Source of the DNA: Wenzhouxiangella sp.
GTDB lineage: Bacteria; Pseudomonadota; Gammaproteobacteria; Xanthomonadales; Wenzhouxiangellaceae
Direction: 5' to 3'
Assembly (NCBI GenBank): GCA_036351735.1
Contig: JAZBPR010000027.1
Span: forward strand, 39,073 to 103,072
Length of the DNA stretch: 64,000 nt
Below are positions 1-10,176 of this stretch, in pieces (position 1 is the stretch's first letter; each line of letters starts with the position of its first letter). A program made the translations under genes and the position numbers. Under the pieces are notes generated by a model. The model made no database searches. It was not told where the DNA came from and saw only the letters and a list, made by a program, of their open reading frames with translations.

Positions 1-338
1 AACAAATGCCGCTTGTCGTACCACGCCGGCTGATCATCCGGCGGCACAAAGATCATCCGGTTGCGGCGCTGACCTGTTTCGTCGGCCAGTGCCACACTTC
101 CAGTCAGCGCAGCCTGACGTTGTGCGGCCTGTGCCTTCATCCAGGCCAGCGTGGGACCCTCAAAAGGTTCAGGCTCATCGCCCTGATCACCCAGAAAACC
201 GGTCGTGAAGGTCTCCGGCAGCACATAGAGATCGGCCCCAGGGCTGCCATCCATCAAAGCCTTCAGGTGATCGCGGTTGGCCTCACCGTCCTGCCAGCGA
301 AGCTCAGCCTGCACCAAGGCGACTTTCAGCCGTTTCAC
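1..338 (-). CDS. Carbon-nitrogen hydrolase (nitrilase family, YafV/omega-amidase-like), 3' end outside the window
   Basis: Manual translation from GTG at 338: [25 protein letters not shown]...DLYVLPETFTTGF...RRNRMIFV...WYDKRHL, carrying the nitrilase catalytic Glu (LPE) and Lys (YDKRHL) motifs. Start overlaps the stop of the upstream gene (GTGA). Absent from the ORF track because it has no stop in the window. Confidence 0.85.
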   Translation of the reverse strand, partial: MKRLKVALVQAELRWQDGEANRDHLKALMDGSPGADLYVLPETFTTGFLGDQGDEPEPFEGPTLAWMKAQAAQRQAALTGSVALADETGQRRNRMIFVPPDDQPAWYDKRHL

Positions 339-1153
339 GATCTCGTCCCGGCACCGTCCATGGCCGCCAGATCATCCAATTCCTTTGCGCTGAACCCGGC
401 GCGAAGTCGGGCCGCATTGTTGAAAGGGCCGCGCAGTGCACCGGTGAAATAGTCTTCCAGCAACTGGCGAAAAGTGCTTTCCGGGGGCAGGTTTCGTTGC
501 TCGCAAAGCACCCGAAACCACCGGCTGCCAATGGCGACATGGGCTTCTTCTTCGTGAAGGATGATTTCGAGCAGGCCTACAGTGGTCTTGTCGCCTGCCG
601 AGCGCAGGCGCTGAATCATTCCCGGCGTCACGTCCAGCCCCCGAGCTTCCAGCACGCGCGGAACGAGCGCCATGCGGATCAGGACATCATGCGCGGTCTT
701 CTCGGCCATTTCCCACAACCCGTTGTGGGCTGGCAGATCGCCGTAGGCCATACCCAGTTCAGCCAGGCGGTTGTTGAGCATGGTGAAATGGCGCGCCTCG
801 TCCGCGGCCACGCGAAGCCAATCGCGGTAGAACTCGTCCGGCATCCCGGGAAACCGAAGCGCTGCGTCCAGTCCCAGATTGATCGCGTTGAATTCGATGT
901 GCGCAACAGCGTGAATCAGCGCCTGCCGCCCTTCAACCGACCCCAGCGATCGACGTGCCAGCTTTGCCGGAGAAACCAGTTCAGGCCGTTCAGGGCGCCC
1001 GCAGTGCAGATCGCCGGGATCACCAGGGTCTGAGGGTGACCATTGCTGCTCCTCAATCCGTTGCCACAACGCCGCGACGCGCTGGCACTTGACCAGCGGG
1101 TCGCATTCAGCCAGGGCTGCGCGGGCAGCCGCCCAATGCTCAGCGTGGCTCAA
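335..1153 (-). CDS. Ferritin-like domain protein (DUF455 family)
   Basis: [33 protein letters not shown] and EEAHVAIG di-iron-type motifs typical of DUF455. Confidence 0.85.
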   Translation of the reverse strand: MSHAEHWAAARAALAECDPLVKCQRVAALWQRIEEQQWSPSDPGDPGDLHCGRPERPELVSPAKLARRSLGSVEGRQALIHAVAHIEFNAINLGLDAALRFPGMPDEFYRDWLRVAADEARHFTMLNNRLAELGMAYGDLPAHNGLWEMAEKTAHDVLIRMALVPRVLEARGLDVTPGMIQRLRSAGDKTTVGLLEIILHEEEAHVAIGSRWFRVLCEQRNLPPESTFRQLLEDYFTGALRGPFNNAARLRAGFSAKELDDLAAMDGAGTRS

Positions 1154-2403
1154 GCCTTCTTGATCGCCGCGACCAGAGCATCGCCAAAGCCGCTGGTCGA
1201 TACCTTGGTGGCTCCTTCAATCTGGCGGGCAAAGTCGTAGGTCACCATCTTTTCACCAACGACCTTTTCAAAAGCCTGCTCGATAAGGCGGGTCACCTCG
1301 GGCCAGCCGATGTAATCGAACATCATGCAGCCGGAAAACAGCAGCGAAGACGGATTGACCATGTCCTTGCCGGCGTACTTGGGCGCGGTGCCATGGGTGG
1401 CCTCGAAGACAGCCACGTTGTCGGCCATGTTTGCACCAGGCGCAATACCCATGCCACCGACTTCTGCGGCCAGTGAATCGGACAGGTAATCACCATTGAG
1501 GTTCATGGTTGCCAGCACGTCAAACTCGGCCGGCCGAAGCAGCATCAGTTGGAACATGATGTCGGCGATGCGATCCTTGATGACGATCTTGCCCTCGGGC
1601 TGTTGGCCGTCGTGTTTTTCCCACAGCTCGTCTTCCGTGATTGTGACATCTCCAAATTCCTGGGCCGCCACTTCATAGCCCCACTTGCGGAAGGCGCCCT
1701 CGGTGAATTTCATGATGTTGCCCTTGTGGACCAGCGTGACCGATTTGCGGTTGTTATCGATCGCGTACTGAATGGCCTTGCGCACCAACCGCTTTGAGCC
1801 AAAGGCGGAGATGGGCTTGATGCCGATGCCGGCATCCTCGAAAAACTCGGCGCCCATTTCCTCACGCAGGAAGCGCGCCAGCTTGCGGTTTTCATCCGAA
1901 CCCGACTCGTACTCGAGGCCGGCATAGACGTCCTCGGTGTTCTCGCGAAAGATCACGGCATCAACCTCCTCCGGCTTTTTCAGCGGTGAAGGCACACCCT
2001 GGTAGTACTTGACTGGACGAACGCAGGCGTAAAGATCCAGCGACTGGCGAAGCGAAACGTTCAGAGAGCGAAAGCCTTCGCCGACCGGTGTCGTCAGTGG
2101 ACCCTTGATGCTGACCACCAAATCCCTGACCGCATCCAGAGTCTCGGCCGGAAAATAATCGCCACCGTAGATGCCACCAGCCTTCTCACCCAGATAGAGC
2201 TCGGCCCAGTGCACCTTGCGGCGACCGCCATAGGCTTTTTCGACCGCCGCGTCCCACACCTTCATGCTGGCCGGGGTGATATCGACGCCAATACCGTCAC
2301 CCTCAACGAAGCCGAGGATGGGCTGATCCGTCACGACAAGCTTGCCGTTTTCGACCCGGATCTTGTCGCCAGATTCCGGAAGCTGAATGTGCTGATACCC
2401 CAT
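1150..2403 (-). CDS. icd: NADP-dependent isocitrate dehydrogenase
   Basis: [41 protein letters not shown] and [12 protein letters not shown] motifs. Confidence 0.97.
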   Translation of the reverse strand: MGYQHIQLPESGDKIRVENGKLVVTDQPILGFVEGDGIGVDITPASMKVWDAAVEKAYGGRRKVHWAELYLGEKAGGIYGGDYFPAETLDAVRDLVVSIKGPLTTPVGEGFRSLNVSLRQSLDLYACVRPVKYYQGVPSPLKKPEEVDAVIFRENTEDVYAGLEYESGSDENRKLARFLREEMGAEFFEDAGIGIKPISAFGSKRLVRKAIQYAIDNNRKSVTLVHKGNIMKFTEGAFRKWGYEVAAQEFGDVTITEDELWEKHDGQQPEGKIVIKDRIADIMFQLMLLRPAEFDVLATMNLNGDYLSDSLAAEVGGMGIAPGANMADNVAVFEATHGTAPKYAGKDMVNPSSLLFSGCMMFDYIGWPEVTRLIEQAFEKVVGEKMVTYDFARQIEGATKVSTSGFGDALVAAIKKA

Positions 2404-2589
2404 CGGATGGATTCCTGTTCGTTGTGATTAAGCACTCAATTTTACCACTGCGTATCTGCCGGACTGCTGGATATCACCCTTCCCCCTGCCCGAGTATTGA
2501 TGCATCTAGTAAGCTGCTACAGTAGAAATGGGTGGTAGTAGGCGGATTTCAGAAACGGGCTGGCATATTTGATCGATAAGGTCTGAGTC

Positions 2590-4470
2590 TTGACATCTTC
2601 AGCCCGCGAACTGCTTGAAAGCGCCGGCGACCGCCTGCCCAGCCCCAATGGGGTCGCGCTGGCGATCATGGAGATGTGGGAAGATGACTCGACCACGGTG
2701 CAGCAGCTGGCAAGGCTGGTGCAGGCAGATCCTGCCCTGAGCGGACGCCTGCTCAAGCTCGCCAACTCAGCTGCGATGGGCAGTCGACCGGTCTCCGCCA
2801 TCCCGGAAGCGATCGTGAGAGTCGGGATGCAGACTGTTGGTCAGCTGGCGGTGGCCTTTTCGCTGATCGACTCTCAGCATAAGGGCCTGTGCGACGGCTT
2901 TGACTACGATCAGTACTGGTCGCACTGCCTGCTCATGGCCGTGCTATCGCGCGGACTGGCGCAAGAAACGAGACTGGCTCCGCCGGAAGACATGTTTGCC
3001 TGCGGCCTGCTGGCCCGCATCGGTATGTTGGCCCTATCAACCATCTATCCCAAAGAGTATGGGCAACTGCTGACGGCCCAGCCGGAGTCACTGATTGATG
3101 CCGAGCAGGATCATTTCGGGGTCGACCACAACGAGCTTTCAGAAGCGCTGATGCTTGATTTCCGTGTCCCTGCAGCGCTGGCCGAACCGGCCCGTTATCA
3201 CGAACAGCCCAACCAATCCAATTTCGATCTCGCTTCGCGTCCATTCAAGGTCTGCACTCTGCTGCATCTCGCCTACCGGCTGGCGAATATGGCCCTGGAA
3301 ACCGGGCCGGACAGGAGCCGCCAAGCCGTGGTCAGCCAGTCTTTTGCCGCCAAGATTGGCCTGGCCGACGAGCGGCTGCGCAATATTTTCGACCGCAGCC
3401 TGGAAGAGTGGCAGGACTGGTCGAAGCTCTTTGAACTGCCCAGCCAGACCGCCAGAGCCTATGGTGAATCAAGCGGCGACGACGAAGCCTCCGTTCAAGC
3501 CAGCGTCAGGCCACTCAGAGCCTACCTGGTTGATCTAGCCGAGCATGCAGAAGCTCTGCAGCAGCGCCTTGTCGGCCTGAACGTCATGGCGAAGACATAT
3601 CAGGATCAGAAACAGGCGCTGCAGGAATCGCTCGAACTCAAGGCCGATCTGTACTTTTTTCCGGGCACGGATCAAAAGCTCTGCCGTCTGATTCGGTCCA
3701 CCGAATGGGGCAACTCAGCATTCCTGATCGCGGTTGTAGAAGATGAGGATCAGGCCCAAGCCATCGCCTGCCTGCAGGCTGGGGCAGACAGCCTTCTGGC
3801 AATCGGCGCAAGTGACGATGAACTCAGTGCCCGACTGCTGCCGGCACGTCGCTTTCTGGGTCTGGAACGGGCCTGGCGCAAGGATCGGGAGGAACTGACA
3901 CGCACGGCCCGTGAACTGGCATTGGCGCACCGTCAGCAGGAAGTTCTTTCACTGACCGACCAACTCACCGATCTGCCCAACCGGCGGGCCGCCATGCAAG
4001 CCCTTACCCAGGCGTGGAGCCAAAGTACCCGTCAGGAAACTCCGCTGGCTGTGCTGATGCTGGACCTTGATCACTTCAAACTCGTCAATGACCAGCACGG
4101 GCACGCTGCCGGCGACAAGGTACTCAGATCAATTGCCCAAATTCTCAAGACCAGCGCCAGAGACAATGAATTTGTCAGCCGTATTGGCGGAGAAGAATTC
4201 GTTTTGATCGCGAGCAACGCGACGCTCAAGGATCTAATCATCGCCGGCGAGCGGCTGCGCCGTTCTTTGGAGAGTGCAAGCATGGAGCTGGGGCAGACGC
4301 GCATTTCCTTGACTGCCAGCATTGGGGTCGCGCAGCGCGAGGAGGGCTTTGGCGAGGCGGGAGACATTCTCAGCGCGGCCGACAAGGCGCTCTATGCGGC
4401 CAAGTCGGCCGGGCGCAATCAGATCTGCTTCTACCAGGCAGGCAAAGTCAGAAAACTTCCGGGCCGCTGA
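2590..4470 (+). CDS. HDOD - degenerate REC - GGDEF diguanylate cyclase
   Basis: N-terminal HDOD (DPALSGRLLKLANS), C-terminal LTDQLTDLPNRR, DLDHFKLVNDQHGHAAGD and GGEEF. Start codon (TTG) uncertain. Confidence 0.85.
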   Translation: MTSSARELLESAGDRLPSPNGVALAIMEMWEDDSTTVQQLARLVQADPALSGRLLKLANSAAMGSRPVSAIPEAIVRVGMQTVGQLAVAFSLIDSQHKGLCDGFDYDQYWSHCLLMAVLSRGLAQETRLAPPEDMFACGLLARIGMLALSTIYPKEYGQLLTAQPESLIDAEQDHFGVDHNELSEALMLDFRVPAALAEPARYHEQPNQSNFDLASRPFKVCTLLHLAYRLANMALETGPDRSRQAVVSQSFAAKIGLADERLRNIFDRSLEEWQDWSKLFELPSQTARAYGESSGDDEASVQASVRPLRAYLVDLAEHAEALQQRLVGLNVMAKTYQDQKQALQESLELKADLYFFPGTDQKLCRLIRSTEWGNSAFLIAVVEDEDQAQAIACLQAGADSLLAIGASDDELSARLLPARRFLGLERAWRKDREELTRTARELALAHRQQEVLSLTDQLTDLPNRRAAMQALTQAWSQSTRQETPLAVLMLDLDHFKLVNDQHGHAAGDKVLRSIAQILKTSARDNEFVSRIGGEEFVLIASNATLKDLIIAGERLRRSLESASMELGQTRISLTASIGVAQREEGFGEAGDILSAADKALYAAKSAGRNQICFYQAGKVRKLPGR

Positions 4471-4485
4471 GAATGTTCTTTGGAT

Positions 4486-5055
4486 TTAGTAGGGGTCGTA
4501 GCTGAAATTCTGGCCGCTGACGGAGGCTTCATACATCAGACCGCCCTTGGTCACCGTGAATATCGCCATACCCCGGTAGTAACCGGCGGCCGCGGTGGCT
4601 GCGTCATTCTGCCCGCCGCTGGCACCGGCACTCGCCCCGGTCGACCCAGCGGTCGCCGATGCCCCCGCAGTAATGGCTACAGCGCTGGCATTTGCACCGA
4701 ACTCGAAGTTACCGGAAGTGAAGTCGTTCAGTGCTCGTTCGTCTTCAAAAAATATGATCTGGCTAAAGGCTTGGCCACCGGCCTGCAACCCAATGGACAG
4801 CTGAGTCATGGTTGTCTCGCCGACAGGATTCCCGCCAACGTAGACCCTGCCTTTGCCGCGCGCCGCCCCAATCCCCAAACCACCCTTGCCGATGGTCGGA
4901 AAAACAGCATAGCCATAGGCATCGTCGAAGAAAGCCGCACTTTGTCCTGCGTTGCGGAACACCTCGATCGTGGACTCGAAGTTGTCAGCCCGAGCAGGCG
5001 TCACAACGAATAAGCCCAGGAAGAAAAGCGCTGAAATAAACCGGAGGGTAGGCAT
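4486..5055 (-). CDS. Secreted Ysc84/SYLF-domain lipid-binding protein
   Basis: Signal peptide MPTLRFISALFFLGLFVVTPARA, then YAVFPTIGKGGLGIG, SIGLQAGGQ and GGLMYEASVSGQ. The ORF-track extension to 5157 runs through the tRNA and is discarded. Confidence 0.8.
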   Translation of the reverse strand: MPTLRFISALFFLGLFVVTPARADNFESTIEVFRNAGQSAAFFDDAYGYAVFPTIGKGGLGIGAARGKGRVYVGGNPVGETTMTQLSIGLQAGGQAFSQIIFFEDERALNDFTSGNFEFGANASAVAITAGASATAGSTGASAGASGGQNDAATAAAGYYRGMAIFTVTKGGLMYEASVSGQNFSYDPY

Positions 5056-5081
5056 CGAAAAAATCTCGCATTGCGGTGAAA

Positions 5082-5171
5082 TGGCGGAGGGGGTGGGATT
5101 TGAACCCACGAAGGGCGCTAACCCTTGCCGGTTTTCAAGACCGGTGCATTCAACCACTCTGCCACCCCTCC
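5082..5171 (-). tRNA. tRNA-Ser (anticodon TGA)
   Basis: GGAGGGG acceptor stem, anticodon arm CCGGTC-TTGAAAA-CCGG, long variable arm, GGTTCAAATCC T arm, encoded CCA. Confidence 0.95.
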
Positions 5172-5187
5172 GGATAGCGAGGCGACA

Positions 5188-5196
5188 AGTCTACCA
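5188..5196 (-). promoter_or_regulatory. Candidate extended -10 element (TGG-TAGACT) of the tRNA-Ser(TGA) promoter
   Basis: TGnTAGACT about 17 nt upstream of the tRNA 5' end, flanked by a GGCGAC/GTCGCC inverted repeat. Confidence 0.45.
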
Positions 5197-5232
5197 AAGG
5201 TCGCCCCAATTAGGAAAATTCATCGAACGAAC

Positions 5233-5808
5233 CTAGCCGATCGCGGGGACACCGATCAGCAACGGGTGCAGCCAAACCACAAAGGCCACGTACAAACCGA
5301 GGCCGCCAACGACGACGATCACATCATTGAGACCGGTTCGCGGCAACTGCGCGCCCCGACCACTGCCTGCCCGGCGACCGACCGAAATCCGATCAACCAC
5401 TGCCCAGGCAAGAAAGCCGCCGAAGAGCAGAACGTCAGCCACCGTTCCGTTCGCCAGCAAATGGGCAATGGCCCAGGCCTTGACCGCGACCAGCATGGGA
5501 TGCTTGAGCATGTCGCCAATCCGTCCTGGGAAATATGCTGCCAGAAGCGCGGGAAAAACCGGCAGCAACAGCAACATGCTCATGTGCCGAATCCCCGTCG
5601 GCAATTGATAAAGCACCACGGGTTCTAGCCGAGCCTGCCCATAGCCTACGATGATGAGCACGAATCCCACCAGGGCAATGACGCTGTAGAGGCCTTTGTA
5701 GCCCCATTCACCCATCTTCTCAACCATGCCCTGCCGGGCCGGTTCAGCGACGATGCGAATCGAGTGGATGCCGAGAAAAATCAGAAGGCCGAGAATAAGA
5801 ATGGTCAT
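5233..5808 (-). CDS. NnrU family membrane protein
   Basis: LGLLIFLGIHSIR, KGLYSVIALVGFVLIIVGY, HPMLVAVKAWAIAHLLANG and FLAWAVVDRIS patterns of NnrU. Confidence 0.8.
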   Translation of the reverse strand: MTILILGLLIFLGIHSIRIVAEPARQGMVEKMGEWGYKGLYSVIALVGFVLIIVGYGQARLEPVVLYQLPTGIRHMSMLLLLPVFPALLAAYFPGRIGDMLKHPMLVAVKAWAIAHLLANGTVADVLLFGGFLAWAVVDRISVGRRAGSGRGAQLPRTGLNDVIVVVGGLGLYVAFVVWLHPLLIGVPAIG

Positions 5809-5830
5809 GTCCGCTCTCTTGAATGTCGGT

Positions 5831-5923
5831 TGGCGGAGAGGGGGGGATTCGAACCCCCGAAGGGCCTATGAGACCCTTAACGGTTTTCGAGACCGCCGCA
5901 TTCAACCACTCTGCCACCTCTCC
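5831..5923 (-). tRNA. tRNA-Ser (anticodon CGA)
   Basis: GGAGAGG acceptor stem, anticodon loop CTCGAAA, long variable arm, GGTTCGAATCC T arm, encoded CCA. Confidence 0.95.
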
Positions 5924-5954
5924 GAAACTTGTGGAATCGCTGGTTGGGAGCGAA

Positions 5955-5967
5955 GCCGCGCATTATA
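5955..5967 (-). promoter_or_regulatory. -10 box TATAAT with GC-rich discriminator (stable-RNA type promoter) for tRNA-Ser(CGA)
   Basis: Minus strand reads TATAAT-GCGCGGC just after the alaS stop and about 30 nt before the tRNA. Confidence 0.6.
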
Positions 5968-5976
5968 GCGGTGCTG

Positions 5977-8610
5977 TCAAAGCTTTTCTGCCAGCCAGGA
6001 CCGAACTGACTCCAAGGCTTGGGGCAAAGCACTGGTGTCAGTTCCACCCGCTTGGGCAAAATCCGGGCGGCCGCCGCCCTTGCCGCCAACCTGGCCGGCG
6101 ACATAATTCACTAGTTCGCCTGCCTTGACCTTAGCGGTCAGGTCCTTGGTGACACCAGCGACCAGCCGCACACCCGAGTCGGTTGCCGTGGCGAGGACGA
6201 TGATGCCGCTGCCCAACTTCTGCTTTAGTTGGTCGACCGTATCGCGCAGACCATTGGGGTCCACGCCCTCAAGGTTTGCAGCTATGAGCTTGGTGCCTGA
6301 TACGTCCATCGCTTGACTGGCCAGATCGGAACCTGCCGCGGAGGCCAGTTTCCCCTTGATCCGCTCAAGCTCTTTTTCGAGCTGGCGCGAGCGCTCCAGT
6401 AATTGTTCGACCCGATCGGTCATCTCGCCCGGGCCGGCCTTGAGCCTGCCGGAGAGTTCGCGGACAGAGGCATCCAGAGACTGCAGCCATTCGACAGCCA
6501 CGCGCCCCGCGACCGCTTCAATTCGGCGCACACCGGCCGAGATACCAGTTTCGCCGATGATTTTGAACAGCCCGATGTCACCCATGCGCTCCACGTGCGT
6601 GCCGCCGCAAAGCTCGGTGGAAAAGTCGCCGAAGCGCAGAACCCGGACTTCATCGCCATACTTGTCGCCGAAAAAGGCCAGAGCGCCGGCGGCAATGGCG
6701 TCGTCGTAGGCCATTTGCCGCTCTTCGGCGGCCACATTGGCCTGAATCTGCTGATTGACGATCCGCTCCACCTCCCTGATCTCCGCATCGGTCATCGGAC
6801 CATGATGGGAGAAATCAAAGCGCAAGCGGTCCGGCGCCACCAGCGAGCCTTTTTGCTGAACATGCTGGCCCAGTACATTACGAAGAGCTGCGTGCATCAG
6901 GTGGGTGGCTGAGTGGTGACGGATGATATCGCTGCGACGCTCAGCGTCGACACTACCGCTCAAGATTTGGCCTGCCCAGAGTTCGCCCTGCTTCAGCCGA
7001 CCAAAATGCCCGTGGTAAGTGCCGGCCAGCTTCCGGGTATCGGCCACCGCGAAAAGACCATCGTCGGATTCAAGCAAACCGGTGTCGCCCACCTGGCCGC
7101 CGGACTCCGCGTAAAAAGGCGTTCGGTCGAGAACCAACAAGGCGTCCTGCCCTGCCTGTAGCTTCTCGACAGGTTGCCCCTCGACAAGAATCGCGAGGAG
7201 CTTGAGATTGTCAGCGTCCAGTTGCTCGTATCCCAGAAATCGGGTCGGCTGTAGCGAAGCAGCCACTTCGGCCGAAAGCGCATCGGCATTGCCGAACTGC
7301 CCGGCAGCCCGCGCTCTCTCGCGCTGGGCATCCATGGCGGACCCGAACCCGGCATCATCTACCGTAAGGCCCCGCTCACGCGCGATATCGCGGGTAAGAT
7401 CAATTGGAAACCCAAAGGTGTCGTAAAGCTTGAACGCAACGTCCCCGGGGATCACATCATCATCCAGCCCGGCGATGGCCTGATCCAGTAACTTCATGCC
7501 CTGGTCCAGAGTCTCCCCAAAGCGCCGCTCTTCGCGCTCGAGAACGGCAGAAACTTCGTCAGCCTTCCGCGCAAGATCGGGATAAGCCTCACCCATGACC
7601 TCGACCAGAGGTGCGACCATCTTGCAGAAAAAGAGGTCCTCGCAGCCCAGCTTGTAGCCGTGGCGAATTGCCCGGCGGATAATCCGACGAAGGACGTAGC
7701 CGCGGCCGTCGTTGGCCGGAAGAACGCCGTCGCTGACCAGGAACGCACAGGCCCGGATGTGATCGGCAATGACTCGCAGAGAGGGTGCATTGCGGTCGGT
7801 CGCGCCAGTCAGTTCGGCTGCAGCCGCAATCAGATGCTCAAAGAGATCAATCTCGTAGTTGGAATGCACCCCCTGAAGAATCGCCGCGAGCCGCTCCAGT
7901 CCCATGCCCGTATCGACGCAAGGCGCTGGCAGGGGCGAGAGACTGCCGTCGGCCGAGCGGTCGAACTGCATGAAAACAAGGTTCCAGACTTCGATGTAAC
8001 GGTCGCCGTCTTCTTCAGGCGTGCCCGGCGGGCCACCCGGAATCTCGGGGCCGTGGTCGTAAAAAATTTCCGTGCATGGGCCGCAGGGCCCAGTATCGCC
8101 CATGGCCCAGAAATTATCGCTCTCGTAACGCTTGCCGGGTTTATCACCAATTCGCGATAAACGTGCGGGGTCGACACCGATGTGATTCAGCCAGAGATCA
8201 GCGGCCTCCTCGTCTTCGGCATACACCGTGACCCAGAGTTTTTCTGCTGGCAGCCCGCAAGTCTTGGTCAAGAACGCCCATGCGAACTCTATGGCGTCTT
8301 TCTTGAAATAGTCGCCAAAACTGAAATTACCCAGCATTTCGAAAAAAGTGTGATGGCGCGCTGTGTAACCCACGTTTTCCAGATCATTGTGCTTGCCTCC
8401 GGCCCGCACGCAGCGCTGCGAAGATGTGGCCCGGGTATAACCACGCTTCTCCGAGCCAAGAAACACGTCCTTGAACTGGTTCATGCCCGCATTGGTAAAC
8501 AGGAGCGTTGGGTCGTTGGCCGGGACCAGCGAACTGGATGAAACGACCCGGTGATCGCGCTCGGCAAAGAAGTCTAGAAAGGCTTGGCGAATTTCGGCGG
8601 TGGATTTCAT
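5977..8610 (-). CDS. alaS: Alanine--tRNA ligase
   Basis: [48 protein letters not shown] and [15 protein letters not shown]. Start placed at MKSTAEIR. Confidence 0.98.
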   Translation of the reverse strand: MKSTAEIRQAFLDFFAERDHRVVSSSSLVPANDPTLLFTNAGMNQFKDVFLGSEKRGYTRATSSQRCVRAGGKHNDLENVGYTARHHTFFEMLGNFSFGDYFKKDAIEFAWAFLTKTCGLPAEKLWVTVYAEDEEAADLWLNHIGVDPARLSRIGDKPGKRYESDNFWAMGDTGPCGPCTEIFYDHGPEIPGGPPGTPEEDGDRYIEVWNLVFMQFDRSADGSLSPLPAPCVDTGMGLERLAAILQGVHSNYEIDLFEHLIAAAAELTGATDRNAPSLRVIADHIRACAFLVSDGVLPANDGRGYVLRRIIRRAIRHGYKLGCEDLFFCKMVAPLVEVMGEAYPDLARKADEVSAVLEREERRFGETLDQGMKLLDQAIAGLDDDVIPGDVAFKLYDTFGFPIDLTRDIARERGLTVDDAGFGSAMDAQRERARAAGQFGNADALSAEVAASLQPTRFLGYEQLDADNLKLLAILVEGQPVEKLQAGQDALLVLDRTPFYAESGGQVGDTGLLESDDGLFAVADTRKLAGTYHGHFGRLKQGELWAGQILSGSVDAERRSDIIRHHSATHLMHAALRNVLGQHVQQKGSLVAPDRLRFDFSHHGPMTDAEIREVERIVNQQIQANVAAEERQMAYDDAIAAGALAFFGDKYGDEVRVLRFGDFSTELCGGTHVERMGDIGLFKIIGETGISAGVRRIEAVAGRVAVEWLQSLDASVRELSGRLKAGPGEMTDRVEQLLERSRQLEKELERIKGKLASAAGSDLASQAMDVSGTKLIAANLEGVDPNGLRDTVDQLKQKLGSGIIVLATATDSGVRLVAGVTKDLTAKVKAGELVNYVAGQVGGKGGGRPDFAQAGGTDTSALPQALESVRSWLAEKL

Positions 8611-8668
8611 GAGATCACAGTCGATCAATGAACGGCATAACCCCTAATTGTAGTCGCTTGCCCCGACC

Positions 8669-9124
8669 TTAATCGATCAGTTCGCGAATCACCGACTCAT
8701 CAAAACCCCGTCTCGTCAGAGCCTGCCGGCGACGGCTTTTCTCTCTGAAATCTGAAGCGGGCACATCCCCATAGCGGCGCCCATACCATTTGGCAGCCTG
8801 GGCCAGCCAGTCGACCTCCAGCGACCCCAGCGCCCGCACCGCCAGAGAGCGGTCTATGCCGCGCTCCGCCAACTCGGCCTTTATCCTGACGGGCCCGTAG
8901 GCCTTTTCGGCACGCGAACGTGCGAAACCCTCGGCAAAGCGCTCGTCGGACTGCAAGCCGGCCTCGGCCAGCTCGCCGACACAGGGCTCAATCATCGGTT
9001 CTGGCCAACCCTTGCGCTTGAGCTTGCGGGCCAGTTCCTGCGCCGAGTGCTCCCTGCGCGCGAGCAGCCTCAGCGCTGCCTCGCGCAGGTCAGCCGGGCT
9101 GGCTTCTGCCCGGTCTTTGACCAT
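8669..9124 (-). CDS. recX: Recombination regulator RecX
   Basis: ALRLLARREHSAQEL, QSDERFAE, YGPVRIKAEL and RGFD motifs. Start coupled to the recA stop (TAATG). Confidence 0.92.
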   Translation of the reverse strand: MVKDRAEASPADLREAALRLLARREHSAQELARKLKRKGWPEPMIEPCVGELAEAGLQSDERFAEGFARSRAEKAYGPVRIKAELAERGIDRSLAVRALGSLEVDWLAQAAKWYGRRYGDVPASDFREKSRRRQALTRRGFDESVIRELID

Positions 9125-10176
9125 TAGCCCGCTTCGGCGGCTTCGGCGGCTTCGGCGGCCTCGGTCTCTGCAGCTTTTGCCTTCGGCAGCAGCTTTTCGC
9201 GGACCAGTCTGTCGATCTCGTCGGCCATATCCGGGTTGTCTTTGAGGAATTGACGAACGTTGTCCTTGCCCTGCCCAATGCGATCGTCACCGTAGCTGTA
9301 CCAGGCGCCGGATTTCTTGACCAGTCCGTGCTCGACGCCCAGTTCAATCAACTCACCCTCACGCGAAATGCCTTCTCCGTAGAGTATTTCGAACACGGCC
9401 TGACGGAATGGTGGGGCCATCTTGTTCTTGACCACCTTGACGCGGGTCTCGTTGCCGATGACTTCGTCGCCACGCTTCAGGGCACCGATACGGCGGATAT
9501 CAAGGCGGACGGACGAATAGAATTTGAGCGCGTTACCGCCAGTGGTAGTTTCAGGACTGCCGAACATGACCCCGATCTTCATGCGGATCTGGTTGATGAA
9601 GATCACCGTGCAATTGGTGCGCTTGATATTGCCGGTTAGCTTGCGCAGTGCCTGACTCATCAGACGCGCCTGCAGGCCGACGTGGGAGTCACCCATCTCA
9701 CCTTCGATTTCAGCCTTGGGAGTGAGTGCTGCCACCGAGTCAACAACCACGATGTCAACAGCGCCAGACCGAACCAGCATATCGGTGATCTCCAGCGCCT
9801 GTTCACCTGTGTCGGGCTGGGAAACCAACAGGTCGTCGACATTCACACCCAGCTTTTCGGCATAGGTCGGGTCCAGCGCATGCTCAGCGTCCACGAAGGC
9901 CGCGGTGCCACCGGCCTTTTGCGCCTCGGCCACAGCATGCAGGGTCAGAGTAGTCTTGCCCGAGGACTCCGGTCCGTAGATTTCGATCACGCGCCCGCGT
10001 GGCAGACCGCCAACGCCCAGCGCCACGTCCAGCGCCAGAGAACCGGTGGAGATGACCGGTACATCCTTGCGGCCGGCATCGTCTCCCATGCGCATGATAG
10101 CGCCCTTGCCATACTGCTTTTCAATCTGGCCAAGTGCGGCGGCCAGTGCCCGTTTACGGTTGTCGTCCACAGTCAT
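9124..10176 (-). CDS. recA: Recombinase RecA
   Basis: [37 protein letters not shown] and GGNALKFY. Confidence 0.99.
   Translation of the reverse strand: MTVDDNRKRALAAALGQIEKQYGKGAIMRMGDDAGRKDVPVISTGSLALDVALGVGGLPRGRVIEIYGPESSGKTTLTLHAVAEAQKAGGTAAFVDAEHALDPTYAEKLGVNVDDLLVSQPDTGEQALEITDMLVRSGAVDIVVVDSVAALTPKAEIEGEMGDSHVGLQARLMSQALRKLTGNIKRTNCTVIFINQIRMKIGVMFGSPETTTGGNALKFYSSVRLDIRRIGALKRGDEVIGNETRVKVVKNKMAPPFRQAVFEILYGEGISREGELIELGVEHGLVKKSGAWYSYGDDRIGQGKDNVRQFLKDNPDMADEIDRLVREKLLPKAKAAETEAAEAAEAAEAG
9131..9157. repeat. Short tandem repeat (GCTTCGGCG)x3 encoding the acidic AEA-repeat tail of RecA
   Basis: Directly visible in the sequence, in frame within recA. Confidence 0.8.

Noticed and set aside
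4486-5157. ORF-track 223-aa version of the Ysc84 protein
   Set aside because: The extra N-terminus is a translation of the tRNA-Ser gene. The real signal peptide starts at 5055.
5082-5923. nnrU as an island integrated between tRNA 3'-end repeats
   Set aside because: Both tRNAs are full length with different anticodons, there is no integrase, and there is no partial att duplication.
5962-5980. TTGACA and TATAAT as a perfect promoter pair
   Set aside because: They are only 7 bp apart, and TTGACA is formed by the alaS stop codon. Only the -10 is kept.
9131-9157. 9-bp tandem repeat as a phase-variation site
   Set aside because: The unit is a multiple of three in the variable acidic tail of RecA, so copy-number changes would not shift the frame.
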